Positions 13,760 through 25,312 of a stretch of 64,000 nt of DNA are shown in pieces. This stretch comes from Camelus dromedarius (taxonomy: Eukaryota): assembly GCF_036321535.1 (NCBI RefSeq), contig NC_087445.1:4526001-4590000 (forward strand). Reading direction: 5' to 3'. The notes below the pieces were generated by a model. That model saw only the letters and a list, made by a program, of their open reading frames with translations, had not been told where the DNA came from and made no database searches. How positions within the stretch are numbered: the stretch's first letter is position 1; every line of letters begins with the position of its first letter. Position numbers and translations under genes: made by a program.

Positions 13760-15765
13760 AATTAAATTGCTATGAATGAAAATTAGATTGTTTTATGTTA
13801 AGATGTTAACTGTAATCCTCAGGGCAACTTCTAAAAAAATAATTAATAAAACACAGAAAAAGAAACAACAGAATGTATCAATTTAACAAAAAAGAAGGCA
13901 ATGAAGAATTAGAGGAACAAAAAGGGTATAAGCTATATAGAAAACAAACAGCAGATGACAGGCATAAATCCTACCTTATCAGCAATTATATTAAATGTAA
14001 ATGGACTAAATAGTTTCCCTCTACAATCAAGAACAAGACTAGAATGTCTGCTCTCATCACTTCTAGTCATCNNNNNNNNNNNNNNNNNNNNNNNNNNNNN
14101 NNNNNNNNNNNNNNNNNNNNNNNNNNNNNNNNNNNNNNNNNNNNNNNNNNNNNNNNNNNNNNNNNNNNNNNNNNNNNNNNNNNNNNNNNNNNNNNNNNNN
14201 NNNNNCCCCCAAAAAAATTTAGAATTAATAATTGAGTCAGCAAAGTTGCAGAANNNNNNNNNNNNNNNNNNNNNNNNNNNNNNNNNNNNNNNNNNNNNNN
14301 NNNNNNNNNNNNNNNNNNNNNNNNNNNNNNNNNNNNNNNNNNNNNNNNNNNNNNNNNNNNNNNNNNNNNNNNNNNNNNNNNTTAATAAAAGAAGTGCAAG
14401 AATTATACACTGAAAACTACAAAGCATCATTAAAAAACTTAAAGAAGACCTAAATAATTGAAACACCTCCTGTATTCATGGATCAGAAGACCTAATATTG
14501 TAAAACAGCAATACTCCCCAAACTGATTTTTGTATTCAACATAAACTCAACAATCCCAGCTACCTTGTTTTGCAGAAATTGATATGCTGATGATCCTAAG
14601 ACTCAAATGGAAATGCAAGGGACCCAGAACAGCCAAAATAATATTGAAAAAGAATAAAATTAGAGAATTCACATTTCCCAGTTTCAAAAGTTACAGTAAT
14701 CAAAACAATGTGATATTGGCATAAAGCTAAACATACAGATCAACAGGATAAATAGACCCCTGTATCTATGGCCTGGTTTATATACCAGAAATAAGTCCAT
14801 ATATCTAGAACCAACTGCTTTTTGACAAGAGTGCCAAAAACATTCATTGAAGAAAGGACAGTCTCTTCAACAAATGATCCTGGATCACTCAATACCCATA
14901 GGCAAAAGAATAAAGTTGTATCCCTACCACACAGAATATACAAAAATCAACTAAAAGTGGATCAATGTTGTAAAGAGCTAAAACCATAAAACTCCTAGAA
15001 GAAAACCTTCTAAGAGGGGAACTCTTCATGATCTCAGATTTGGCAATGTCATTCTGAGATATGACACCAGAAGCATGAGCAACANNNNNNNNNNNNNNNN
15101 NNNNNNNNNNNNNNNNNNNNNNNNNNNNNNNNNNNNNNNNNNNNNNNNNNNNNNNNNNNNNNNNNNNNNNNNNNNNNNNNNNNNNNNNNNNNNNNNNNNN
15201 NNNNNNNNNNNNNGNNNNNNNNNNNNNNNNNNNNNNNNNNNNNNNNNNNNNNNNNNNNNNNNNNNNNNNNNNNNNNNNNNNNNNNNNNNNNNNNNNNNNN
15301 NNNNNNNNNNNNNNNNNNNNNNNNNNNNNNNNNNNNNNNNNNNNNNNNNNNNNNNNNNNNNNNNNNNNNNNNNNNNNNNNNNNNNNNNNNNNNNNNNNNN
15401 NNNNNNNNNNNNNNNNNNNNNNNNGATAACAACAAGTGTTGGCAAAGATGTGGAGAAATTTGAATTGCCATACATTGCTGGAGGGAATATAACATGGTGT
15501 AGCCACTTTGAAAAACAGTCTGGCAGTTCTTCAAAAAGTAAAACAGAGTTGCCATTATAACCTAGCAATTCCACTCCAAGGTGTATACTTAAGAGAAGTC
15601 AAAATACACTTCCACACAAAAACTTGTACACACATGTTCACAGAAGCATTATTCATAATAACCAAAAAGTAGAAGTAATCCAGTTATCCTTCAACAGATA
15701 AAGGCATCAACAAAATGTGTATATTCTTACAAAGGAATATGTTTCAGTCATCAAAAGGAATGAAG
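13760..15765 (+). mobile_element. L1MB-like element, 5' part (internally deleted ORF2; interrupted by the GNPDA1 retrocopy)
   Basis: ORF2 start motif ILNVNGLN, RT-region and C-terminal ORF2 text, and 3'UTR start (acccaaaaagtagaag..ggaatatgtttcagtcatcaaaaggaatgaag). Three N gaps lie inside. Confidence 0.85.
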
Positions 15766-18181
15766 GTCTTGGGCCTGCACAGCTCCTGAGAGAAGATGAG
15801 AGGGTGGGTGCCCCTGGCCCGCTGGGCAGAGTCTTCCCTGAAGCCGAGGCTCCTCAGAGTCAGCCCTGCTGGTGGAACATCTGCATGACCTGCAGTCACA
15901 TGACCTGTAGCCATGTGACCCTCGCAGAGCTGGTGGCCAGCGCAGTCGCTACTGCAGCTGGGGGCGGTGACCGTGATGAGATGAAACTCACCACTCTAGA
16001 CCAGTGAGTGGGCGGCCAAGTACATCAGGAACTGCATCACCCAGACAAGTTCTTCACCCTGGGGCTCTCCACTGGGAGCACCCCACTTGGCTGCTACCAG
16101 AAGCTGATTGAGTCCTATAAGAACAGAGATCTGTCCTTCAAATATGTAAAGACTTTCAACGTGGACGAGTACGTGGGCCTTCGAGACCACCCGGAGAGCT
16201 ACCACTCCTTCATGTGGAATAACTTCAAGCACACTGACATCCACTCAGAAAACACCCACATTCTGGATGGGAACGCAGCTGACCTGCAAGCTGAGCGTGA
16301 CACCTTTGAAGAGAAGATCAAGGTTGCGGGTGGGATGGAGCTGTTTCTTAGAGGAATTGGCCCCGCCCAACACATTGCCTTCAACCAGCTGGGCTCCAGT
16401 CTGGTGTCCAGGACCCGTGTGAAGATGCTGGCCATGGACACCATCCTGGCCAATGCTAGGTTCCTTGATGGAGATCTTGCCAAGGTTCCCACTGTGGCCC
16501 TGACAGTGGGTGTAGGTGCTGTCATTGATGCCGGAGAGGTGATGACCCTCGTCACAGGTGCTCACAAGGCATTTGTTCTGTACAAGGCCATCAAGGAGGG
16601 GGTGAACCATAGTGGACCATGTCTGCACACACAGTGTGTGTGACGAGGATGCCACCCTGGAGTTGAAAGTGAAGACCATCAAGTATTTCAAAGATTTAAT
16701 GCCTGTTCACAACTTGGTGGATTGCTTGTGCAATATCAAAGAGAAAAAAAAACCAGAAAAAAGCCAGTCTTCTATGAAGCCGTACAGTGATTAGCCTGTG
16801 CTGCTGCTAGTGTCAAGTGCCTCACTGGGACAGGCGGGTCTTTCTGGACATTGTCTTCGGGAGGACAGAACTGTATCTCTTCAGTCTAGTATGGTTACCC
16901 CAGATAAGTGGGTGAACTTGTTCTTGGCTCTGCAGTGTGGAGCCTGGCACGGAGTTTAGCTACTTGTTTGTAACTTACTCTTAATCAGAAAAAAAAAAAA
17001 TCACTCCATAATTTTGATGTCTGCCTACTGATTAGGGTTTTTTAGCTTTTTCTTCTGCCTCTGACACTGTTCACTGATACTCCTGTTAGGATTTTCTATC
17101 ATTGTGGGTACTGATTCTCAATTGGGAGGGAGCTAGGAGTTTATGAACATTGGACAAAACCCCTTTGGAGCATCTCGAGAGCCCCTGTTGAGCAGGCCTG
17201 TCCCTTCTTTGAAAATCGGTTCCAGATTAAGGAAAAAACACCCTCAATGTCTAAAATCAGTACAAGGCAGCAGTCTCCCTGGTCAGTCACAAGTGCCATG
17301 GGAAGCAGACTATCCCGTACTTTCTTGCCCAGTTGGTTTTTTTTTTTTCTGTTCTCTCAGTTGGCCTTTCCATGAACTCCGAGGACTCCTTGGGGGAGGA
17401 TTTGGGTGGCTAAAGAGAAGGCTTTTGCTAATAAACTCAGAGCCCCAAGGGGCCCAGCCACATCAAACTCCCTTCCCTCAGGGGCCCTCCAGTAACGGGA
17501 GGAAGGCGGAAACCCTTTTCCTACCAGAGCCCTGTGTTTTGTTCCAAAGTCTCACCATGGCACCTCTCTTACATACTCATTCATAAGTAGGCAGTCCACT
17601 GGGCAACAGACACCGCCAAGATTCACTGCTGTGTTCAGCAAGGTGATGGGGCCGGGGCAAGCAGCTCAATTATGAGTTTAGAAACAACACACAAGTGACA
17701 AGTTCTCCTGTGTCCCCAAGAGTTGAGTGCCAAAAGCATATCAACTGCTTCTGAAGTTGCCTAATATCTTTTCCCCACGTAGAAGACCCTGCCCATCTAA
17801 CCCCTCCAGGTTCCTGTGGCATGGTCTGATGTCCCCTGGACATCAGGAATCACACTGCTTTTGCCCCTTCATCCTTGTTCACGAGATGAGTCTATTGCTC
17901 TGCCTTCCTTTTACTCTTAGGCCTTGATGGTTTACATGCTGCACCTCCTTCTCCCTACTTTTGTGCCTGTTTAAAGCTGCTGCTGCCTCTATTTCTGGGA
18001 AAGATCCTTCAGAGCCTGGCTCGGGCCTCTCTTTAAGTGCCGTGTTTGGTACCAGCATTTCATCTTCACCTTTTATACGTGATTATGCTGTTATTCTGTT
18101 TTAAGCTAATGGATCAGTGGACTTGTTTACAATGTGATATTTTCTACTAAATCCAGTATTTTCAAGTAAAAAAAAAAAAAA
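15766..18181 (+). pseudogene. GNPDA1: Processed (retrotransposed) pseudogene of glucosamine-6-phosphate deaminase 1
   Basis: Intronless GNPDA1-like coding sequence from ATG 15981 (MKLTTL..) to TAG 16792-16794 (..KPYSD*), containing FTLGLSTGSTPLGCY, KTFNVDEYVG and SSLVSRTRVK. Premature TGA at 16005-16007 plus several frameshifting deletions. About 1.4 kb of 3'UTR, poly(A) at 18168-18181, and a 13-bp TSD AAAAGGAATGAAG (15753-15765) / AAAAAGAATGAAG (18177-18189). Confidence 0.95.
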
Positions 18182-18640
18182 GAATGAAGTATTGATATAT
18201 ATTACAACATGGATGAAAACATTATGCTAAGTGAAAGAAACCAGACATGAAAGGTCATAGTGTTCTTCTTAAAGATATTTTGACTGTTCTGGGTCCCCTG
18301 CATTCCCGTGAGTCTTAGGATCATCAGCTTGACCATTCCTGCAAATAGAATAGATTTCACAGAAAAGAAATCCACTTTGCAAAGAGGCAAATCCACAGAG
18401 ACAGAAAGTAGATTAGTGGTTGTCGGGGGTTCAATGAGTTGTCGGGGAAGGGAAAATGACCACTAATGGGNNNNNNNNNNNNNNNNNNNNNNNNNNNNNN
18501 NNNNNNNNNNNNNNNNNNNNNNNNNNNNNNNNNNNNNNNNNNNNNNNNNNNNNNNNNNNNNNNNNNNNNNNNNNNNNNNNNNNNNNNNNNNNNNNNNNNN
18601 NNNNNNNNNNNNNTCAATAAAGCTGTCATTTAAAAAGATC
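18182..18640 (+). mobile_element. L1MB-like element, 3' continuation after the retrocopy
   Basis: Resumes exactly at gaatgaagtattgatatatattacaacatggatgaaaacattatgctaagtgaaag and ends tcaataaagctgtc. Confidence 0.85.
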
Positions 18641-18962
18641 CAGCCCATCCTAGAAAATTAGGATGGCATAGTTATTATGTTCATTTTTCTTTCTAGTCCT
18701 CACAATTTATGGCAACTTTGTACACAGAAGTGCCAAACATACATACCTAGATGAGTGCCTATTTACTTTGCATTGTTTCAAATATTTGTTGGAGTTTCTC
18801 AAGCGGTTCAGACTCCTTGAGGCCAAGCCTATGTCTCAGATTTTGTGAACATCTACCACTGTTAGACATTGTGTTATGATTACACTGAGCCTGGAAATAC
18901 TTACAGTGGGTAGAAGTGCTCTCAGCACCTTGATTCACTTGTAACTATCATGATTGTTTGGG

Positions 18963-19160
18963 AGGTAGTGCTGTCACGGGAGGACTCTGAAGTCAGACTA
19001 CTAGGTTTAAATCCAACTTCTGTGACTTAATAATAGTATGACCTTGGATAAATAACTTCTGAGAGCCTGTTTTCCTCATCTGGAAGGACAGGATTAATAA
19101 TAATGGTAACCACCTTCTAGGGCTGTGAGGCTTAAATGAGGTAAGGTGTGTAAAGCACTT
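18963..19160 (+). mobile_element. MIR SINE
   Basis: ctgaagtcagactactaggtttaaatccaac..gtatgaccttgga..gttttcctcatctgga..gaggcttaaatgag..gtaaagcact. Confidence 0.75.
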
Positions 19161-19169
19161 ATATGTCCT

Positions 19170-19415
19170 TATGATTCATTCACAGAGCTTCTCAACGTTC
19201 ACTGAGCATTGATTTTAATGGTCTACCCTCAAAGGACAGAAGTAAAAGAAAAAAGACATATAAGCAAATCAATGCAGTGAAGTGGTCTCATGCTTTGAAA
19301 GACATCCAAAGAACACATTCCCAAGTGGTGAGAGACCCTGGGCATATGTGGGATGGGGCAGGGACGTGGGATATCAGGAAAGTTTTATGGAAGAAGTACC
19401 ACTAGAACAGAGTAT
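19170..19415 (-). mobile_element. L2 fragment
   Basis: attcattcac..tcaggaaagttttatggaagaagtacc resembles antisense L2. Confidence 0.45.
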
Positions 19416-20929
19416 TTATTTAACTTAAAAAAAATTATTTGTCCCTCAGATTGAGAGAAGCAGGGAAATAGAAATTCTAAATAGAGGGAGGGAGTGATAA
19501 GAGGAAATCAACATTTGTTCAGAGAGCTGTGATTAGCTCAGCATGACAGGAACACATCCAAAGTGAGGCACAGTCACAGAAAAGACCAGCTCATAGAAGT
19601 CCTTGTTTTCTCCCTCACTAGGGCAGACTGAGTCACCTGGCAAGCAGGAATCGCCCCTCCCTCTCCAGCAGAGGCATTTTCTTTGACTGGCTTTGTTTCC
19701 AAAGGCCATAGGGCAAAACAGAGGACGGACTGAACCAGTGAGACTGCTTGAAGATTTCCAGAGCATTCTGGTAACATCAATGCTGACAAGGCCAGTCAAT
19801 CATTATCAGTCATCATGGAGCACCCAGAGGCTGCAGGATGATTATTAGGAGCAAAAGTCTCCTCGATAAATGCAACTGCACTTTGCATAATTCCCAGTTC
19901 CCCTTGCATGCTCCTAGCATGCACTATTCCCACACTGGGTACCAGTGGCTGAAACAAGATGGCAGCTCCCAGAGGAGCGCCCTCAATTACCCATGACAAG
20001 CATCTGGGCATAAGCCCTCATCATAAGTGATTATGACCACGGGTTAATCTAGCGGTTCCCCTAATTAATGGCTTGGAGCATTGAAGAAGCCAGAAGTGAC
20101 CACAACACTCCGAGTTTTTGGAAAAGCCCAGCTGGCTGAGTGTCAGCCTTCTGTTAGACCAAACCTTAGTGTGTTGTGTAACCACATCACCCTTTCCTGG
20201 AATCTGGCCCTTTGGCTGACACTCTTCTGTGGAGACAGAGTGTCCCTCTTGCGGTTCAGAAACACCATTTAGGCTTTTCTTCTGCCTCAGCATTCCTATT
20301 TCTCATTCTTACGACTTCTTCCAATCCGTTCTTCTCTTCTCTTAGTAATATGCTCAGTCTTTTCTCACTACTTCTTCAGTTTATTTTCTCTAAACTTGTT
20401 TTAATTTTTTCTTTTCCTTCAAAAGACCTATGTCCCTTTCTTTTCCTGCTCTTTGATTTCTCTATTTCTCTCTTTCCTCTACCCTCCTTGCTCTTTCTCT
20501 CACTTCTTGTCTATTTTTTAATTGACCTCAGATAAAAACAAATAGATTAATCACTGGTATGTTTCATGACGCTCTCAGCAAGTTCCATACATGGGCCCTC
20601 TTTTATTGGGTTCATGCTTTTTCTAATTACTTATTTTTAACAAGGTAATAAGCACTCATGAATCTAACAATCATTGAAACAAAAAGGGAGATCTCACAAT
20701 ATCCTACAGCAGAACATTTGGTAGCCTTCTATCCTCCCCTTGGAACCCTCACCCAGCATAGCCACCATGCTGAATCCTAGCCATCATTCCTTCCGTTATT
20801 TGTATACAGTTTTATCGTTTCAACGTGTAGTTCTAAAAAGCGTTTTACTCTATTTTTTTAAGTTTATGAAAAGCTATTATTGCTGTATCTACTTTTTTTC
20901 TTTGCTTTACCCTTATTTTATAGATATTC

Positions 20930-21560
20930 TTTACTTTTTATTTTGAAATAAGTTCAAACTTACAAAAAAAGTTTCAAGGACAGTACACAGAACTCCCATA
21001 CAACCTTACTGATATATACTATTTATTTTTATATATGAATTTGCTTGTTTATAGTTATTATTCCCCAACTCATTTGAAAATAGGTTGCATATATCTTGCC
21101 GCTTTACCCCTTAAAACAACAGATGCGTATTTCGTAAGGACAAGGAAAAATCTCTTACATAACCACAAATGAGGAAATGTAACCTTGATACTATACTTAT
21201 ATTTTATCAACAGTCCATTTTTAAGTTTTGTCAACTGTCCCAACAATAGCATTTATAGCAATGTTTTCAGGTACAAAAAATCTGATCCAGAATTGCATAT
21301 GGCACTCAGTTATTGTGTCTTTAGTCTTCTTTAATCTGAAACACTTCTTCAGCCATTCTTTGCTCTTCATGACTTTTAATATCTGTCTAGCATTTTATTA
21401 ATGTCACTCATTTTGGGTTCTTCTGATGTTTCCTTTCAATTACATTCAGGATATACATTTTTGGCAGGAATACCAGAGAAGTCATGCTATGTGCTATGTT
21501 CCTCTCAGTAAATCACATCCAGAGACCCCTTGTGGATGACGTTAGCTTTGATCCCTTGGT
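20930..21560 (-). mobile_element. L1MC4/5-like 3' end
   Basis: ttattttgaaataagttcaaacttacaaaaaaag..cttacataaccacaa..gtcaactgtcccaacaat..tcttctttaatctgaaacac. Confidence 0.7.
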
Positions 21561-21720
21561 TATGGCGCCGCCCAGTTTCTGTGGATGATATGTTTGCATA
21601 CATTCTTTGGGGAATTACTATTTCACCAAATATTACACTGCTAAGATTCATCCACACTGACGCATGTCACTTCTCTCTCTCCCCGACACCCACCTACAGA
21701 CACACAAACCCACTGACACC

Positions 21721-21744
21721 CATACACACACACACACACACACA
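21721..21744. repeat. (CA)n microsatellite
   Basis: Direct inspection. Confidence 0.9.
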
Positions 21745-22224
21745 TATTTTCTTATCTTCTTTCTTCCTATCTTTCATTTTCCAGCCACACTGTTACTCAA
21801 AATCAAACTGGAAGCATACAACTCCTAACTGAAGTATGTAGCTTCTGTTGTCCAAGTACTGCAGAGTAAATCTCCAAAGATTGGTGTATGACATGCCAAA
21901 CATCTGTGTGGTTATGAAAACAGGTGGTTTGGCGAAGAAGCAGATACCAAAGAAATCAAAAAAGGTAACCTTCCCCTTTTACTCACTCACTCACCAACCT
22001 GTCAGCATTTATTAACTGAGTGAGTACCACGTTCCCAGCACCGCACGTGACTAGAAAGGGGAATAAAAAGTATGAAACCACAAAGCGCTTAGAAGTCCGA
22101 TGCCCCGCCACCAGTGGTGCCCGTGGGCACCCTTCTCATGCCTCAAGGTTCAGTTCAAATGTCACCTTCTCTGTAGAGCTGCCCCTCCCTGCACCAACCA
22201 CAAGCACCTAACTGAGAACCTACT

Positions 22225-22420
22225 ACTGTCTAAGCAGTATTACATGCTTTCCTCACGGCAGTTCTGGAAGGCAGGTGTTCCCATCCTCATTTCTCCTGTA
22301 AGAGACTGAGACTCAAAGTTTTAAATGACTTAGACATAGTCACACGGCTATTTCCTGACAGAGCTGGATGTGATGCTCAAGCCTGACTTCCAAATAGATT
22401 CCTCTTCTCACTATTCCACA
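22225..22420 (-). mobile_element. MIR SINE
   Basis: cccatcctcatttctcctgtaagagactgagactcaaagttttaaatgacttagacatagtcacacggcta. Confidence 0.7.
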
Positions 22421-22587
22421 GCGAATCCTGAGAGAGCTGATGCTTTTCCCTTAAATTTTAACAACATCTTGCCCATAGCTGAGTTACAGTGCTTATCACC
22501 TTGCCACTGATTCTGAGCTACCTAAGCATAACAACCAAGTCCTACTCAACTTTGAGTCCTCAGATTTCAGCAGAGTAACTGCAAATA

Positions 22588-23204
22588 CAGTCAATCCTCA
22601 TTATTCATGAATTCCATATTTGAGGATTTAATAAAATGTATTTGTCACCCTCAAAACAATGTTAGGGGCACTTCTGTAAACATGCAGAGAGTGAAAATGT
22701 TGAGTCACCCAACTCACACGTCCCCAGCTAAGAGCCAACAAGAGAGTGCTCTGCCTTCTTGTCTCAGCTCTCCTACTATTCACGTGTCTATTTAGTGCCA
22801 CATTTTTCACAACTTTGTGCTTTTGTTGGTGACTGTGCTGTTTACAATGACCCACAACCATAGTGCTGAAGTGCTGTCCCGTATTCCGAAGGGCAAGGAG
22901 CTGTGACATGCCTTCCAGAGAAAGCATGTGTGTTAGATAAGTTTCCTTCAGGCATGAGTTTTAGTGCTGTTGGCTGTGAGTTCAATGTGAATAAATCAAC
23001 AATATATATTATATAAAGTCTCCTTAAACAAAAAATACACAAAACAAGGCCATATATTGATTGATTAACAAAAATGTTGTAACCAGAGACTGTCAGGACC
23101 CTATCCTTATATTTTCCCTAAGAGCAGTGGTTTAGTATTGCTAATTCAGTGTTCCTGGTGACTCTGCAGAATACCACAATACTGTGAGTGATAAGAATGT
23201 ACTA
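22588..23204 (+). mobile_element. TcMar-Tigger non-autonomous element (MER82-like)
   Basis: TA TSDs at 22586-87 and 23205-06; TIR CAGTCAATCCTCATTATTC with a degenerate right copy; internal text matches the recalled consensus (gagttcaatgtgaataaatcaacaatatatatt). Confidence 0.8.
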
Positions 23205-24960
23205 TAGGCAGTAAATGTATGCTGAGACGATGAAGAAAAGAAGACACTGTTAGAGAAATGACATTAACAGATGAAAAGCTGCTTCATGAGCCCAAATGAA
23301 GTGCAACATATATAAATAGATTTTATATTGATATAATAAAGAAATGCCAGAAAATAGAATATCATATAATAAGGAGAACAAAGGGGAAGGGGAAATAAAT
23401 GTACATTTCCTACTCAATGGGAAGAAAATGTTCCATGACAGTTTCTTTCCCCAAAAAACTGAATATTATGCAAATTCAAGCATATCTGGCTGCCCTGAAT
23501 TTAACACTCTATAATTAATATGTTTTCTCTTTGTATCTCATTGATCACATTAAAAATCTGTGCTTTATGTTTGCAAAAATAGCGCAAGTTTTCAAGGGCT
23601 CCCTATAACTCTCTTCCAAATTTATTAATACTTTCTCCTTACTAAAAAACACAGTGTGATTATCTGCACTTTTTAAAAACATGCACTAGAATATTTATCT
23701 TTGACCTCTTCATAAAGCAAGGAGAAAGGATTTGTTTGATCTTTCAATGAGCTTTGTCAAGCAGATTCTACACTGTTGCATGATGGGAGAGGGCCTGACC
23801 TGGCAGTTCCCTATCCATATGATTGTGGTAGAAGCAGACATAACATTATGGCTCAAACAGAACAAAGATGAGCTTACAAAGTACATGGTTTAAATAATTC
23901 CAGAGCTTTGGGACACAGATCTCTTTTTTCAAGACACGAAGCTCATGTAACCATAATCATGATTGGCGGTGGGAAAATTTAAAAACAGAGTGTCCCCTAA
24001 GCCCTCCAAACTTAGTTATACCACAGCTAAATCAGGTGACTCCCAACGCATGATTCACATCCCGCAAAAAATGAAATGTTTACAAAAACAAGACTCCCAA
24101 AGGACAAAGTAGCCTTTTCTCAAAATCCATTCAAATTTTTAAGCCAATCTTTCTATGTTTTGTTTGCCATAACTACCATGTTTCCTATTCCAAAATAAAA
24201 GGTTCATACAAACACACACGCAGTTTTCACATCTAAGTTTTAGCATTCTAACATACTTTAAATGCAACTCTGTCTTAGCAGATGTAGGTCATGAATCAAG
24301 ACTATTACTATAGTGATACGTACTTACGTATATTTTTCTTATGGAAATTTTCAACCATACACAAAAATGGGAGAAGGAATAGTATGGCAAACTCCCATAC
24401 ACCAATCACTTAGCTTCAAAAATTACTAGAGATATTAGAGATTATATTTTTAAATGCAAAAAATTTACACAGCATCATACTTTTTCCTGTACAACTATAG
24501 AAACAACACCACCACCAATACTGAATGCTTTGCAGCATATGTTTGACCTGCAAACATTAAATTTTGACCTGAAGTGACTAGGGGAGTAGCTGCTTAGAGC
24601 AATTTTCCTAAATTCCTTGTATAATAAAATTGATGCTAAAAATTCATGTTTACTATAATAAGAAAAGAAAATTTTTATTGTTATAAAGTTTTGTATTTTC
24701 ATTTTGTAAAATTTGCAAATACAATCATACAAATCTGCATATGGGTGGGTATTTTATAGTATTATTAAATAATTGTTCATTTGTTGGTGTGATAATAGTA
24801 TTATGGTTAAGTGAGAATATTATTTTATTTTTAGGAGATGCATTAATGAAGTATTTGAGGGATAAATATTATAATGTCTGCAACTTGCTTTTCAAATGAT
24901 TCGGCTAAATTGTATCTGTGCGTTTACGTGTGCGCGCGCATGCACGTGTGTGTTTAGATC

Positions 24961-25170
24961 CAGGTTTGGCAAAATTTTTCTGTAAAGGATCAAAGAGTAA
25001 CCATTTTAGGCTTTGCAGACTAAAAGACAAAAATCAAGGCTATTTTGTAGATAACTGTAAAATCAGTTAAAATGTTGCTGCTTAAAAATGTAAAAACCCT
25101 TCTTTAACTCAAGGTTGTACAAAAACAGGCAATGAGCTGGATTTGGCCTTGGCTGTAGTTTGCCAACTCC
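24961..25170 (+). mobile_element. MER58 (hAT-Charlie) MITE
   Basis: caggtttggcaaaatttttctgtaaagg..tacaaaaacaggc..gctggatttggcc..gtagtttgccaactcc. Confidence 0.8.
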
Positions 25171-25177
25171 AAATGTA

Positions 25178-25312
25178 GATAGACATCAGTGATAGAGCAC
25201 ATGCTTAGCATGCACAAGGTTCTGCGTTCAATCCCCAGTATCTCCATTAAGAAATAAACAAATAACTAAGGAAAACCTAACTCCCTCCCACCAAAAGAAA
25301 CCAAAAGAAAAA
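25178..25312 (+). mobile_element. Camelid tRNA-Ala-derived SINE (vic-1 type), degenerate 5' end
   Basis: gatagagcacatgcttagcatgcacaaggttctgcgttcaatccccagtatctcc followed by aaacctaactccctccc and an A-rich tail. Confidence 0.85.

Noticed and set aside
16199-16691. Minus-strand ORFs of 118 and 148 aa over the GNPDA1 copy
   Set aside because: Antisense shadow frames of a formerly coding sequence.
20212-20535. 107-aa Leu/Phe/Ser-rich ORF
   Set aside because: Translation of a CT-rich low-complexity stretch, probably an antisense repeat remnant; no coding evidence.
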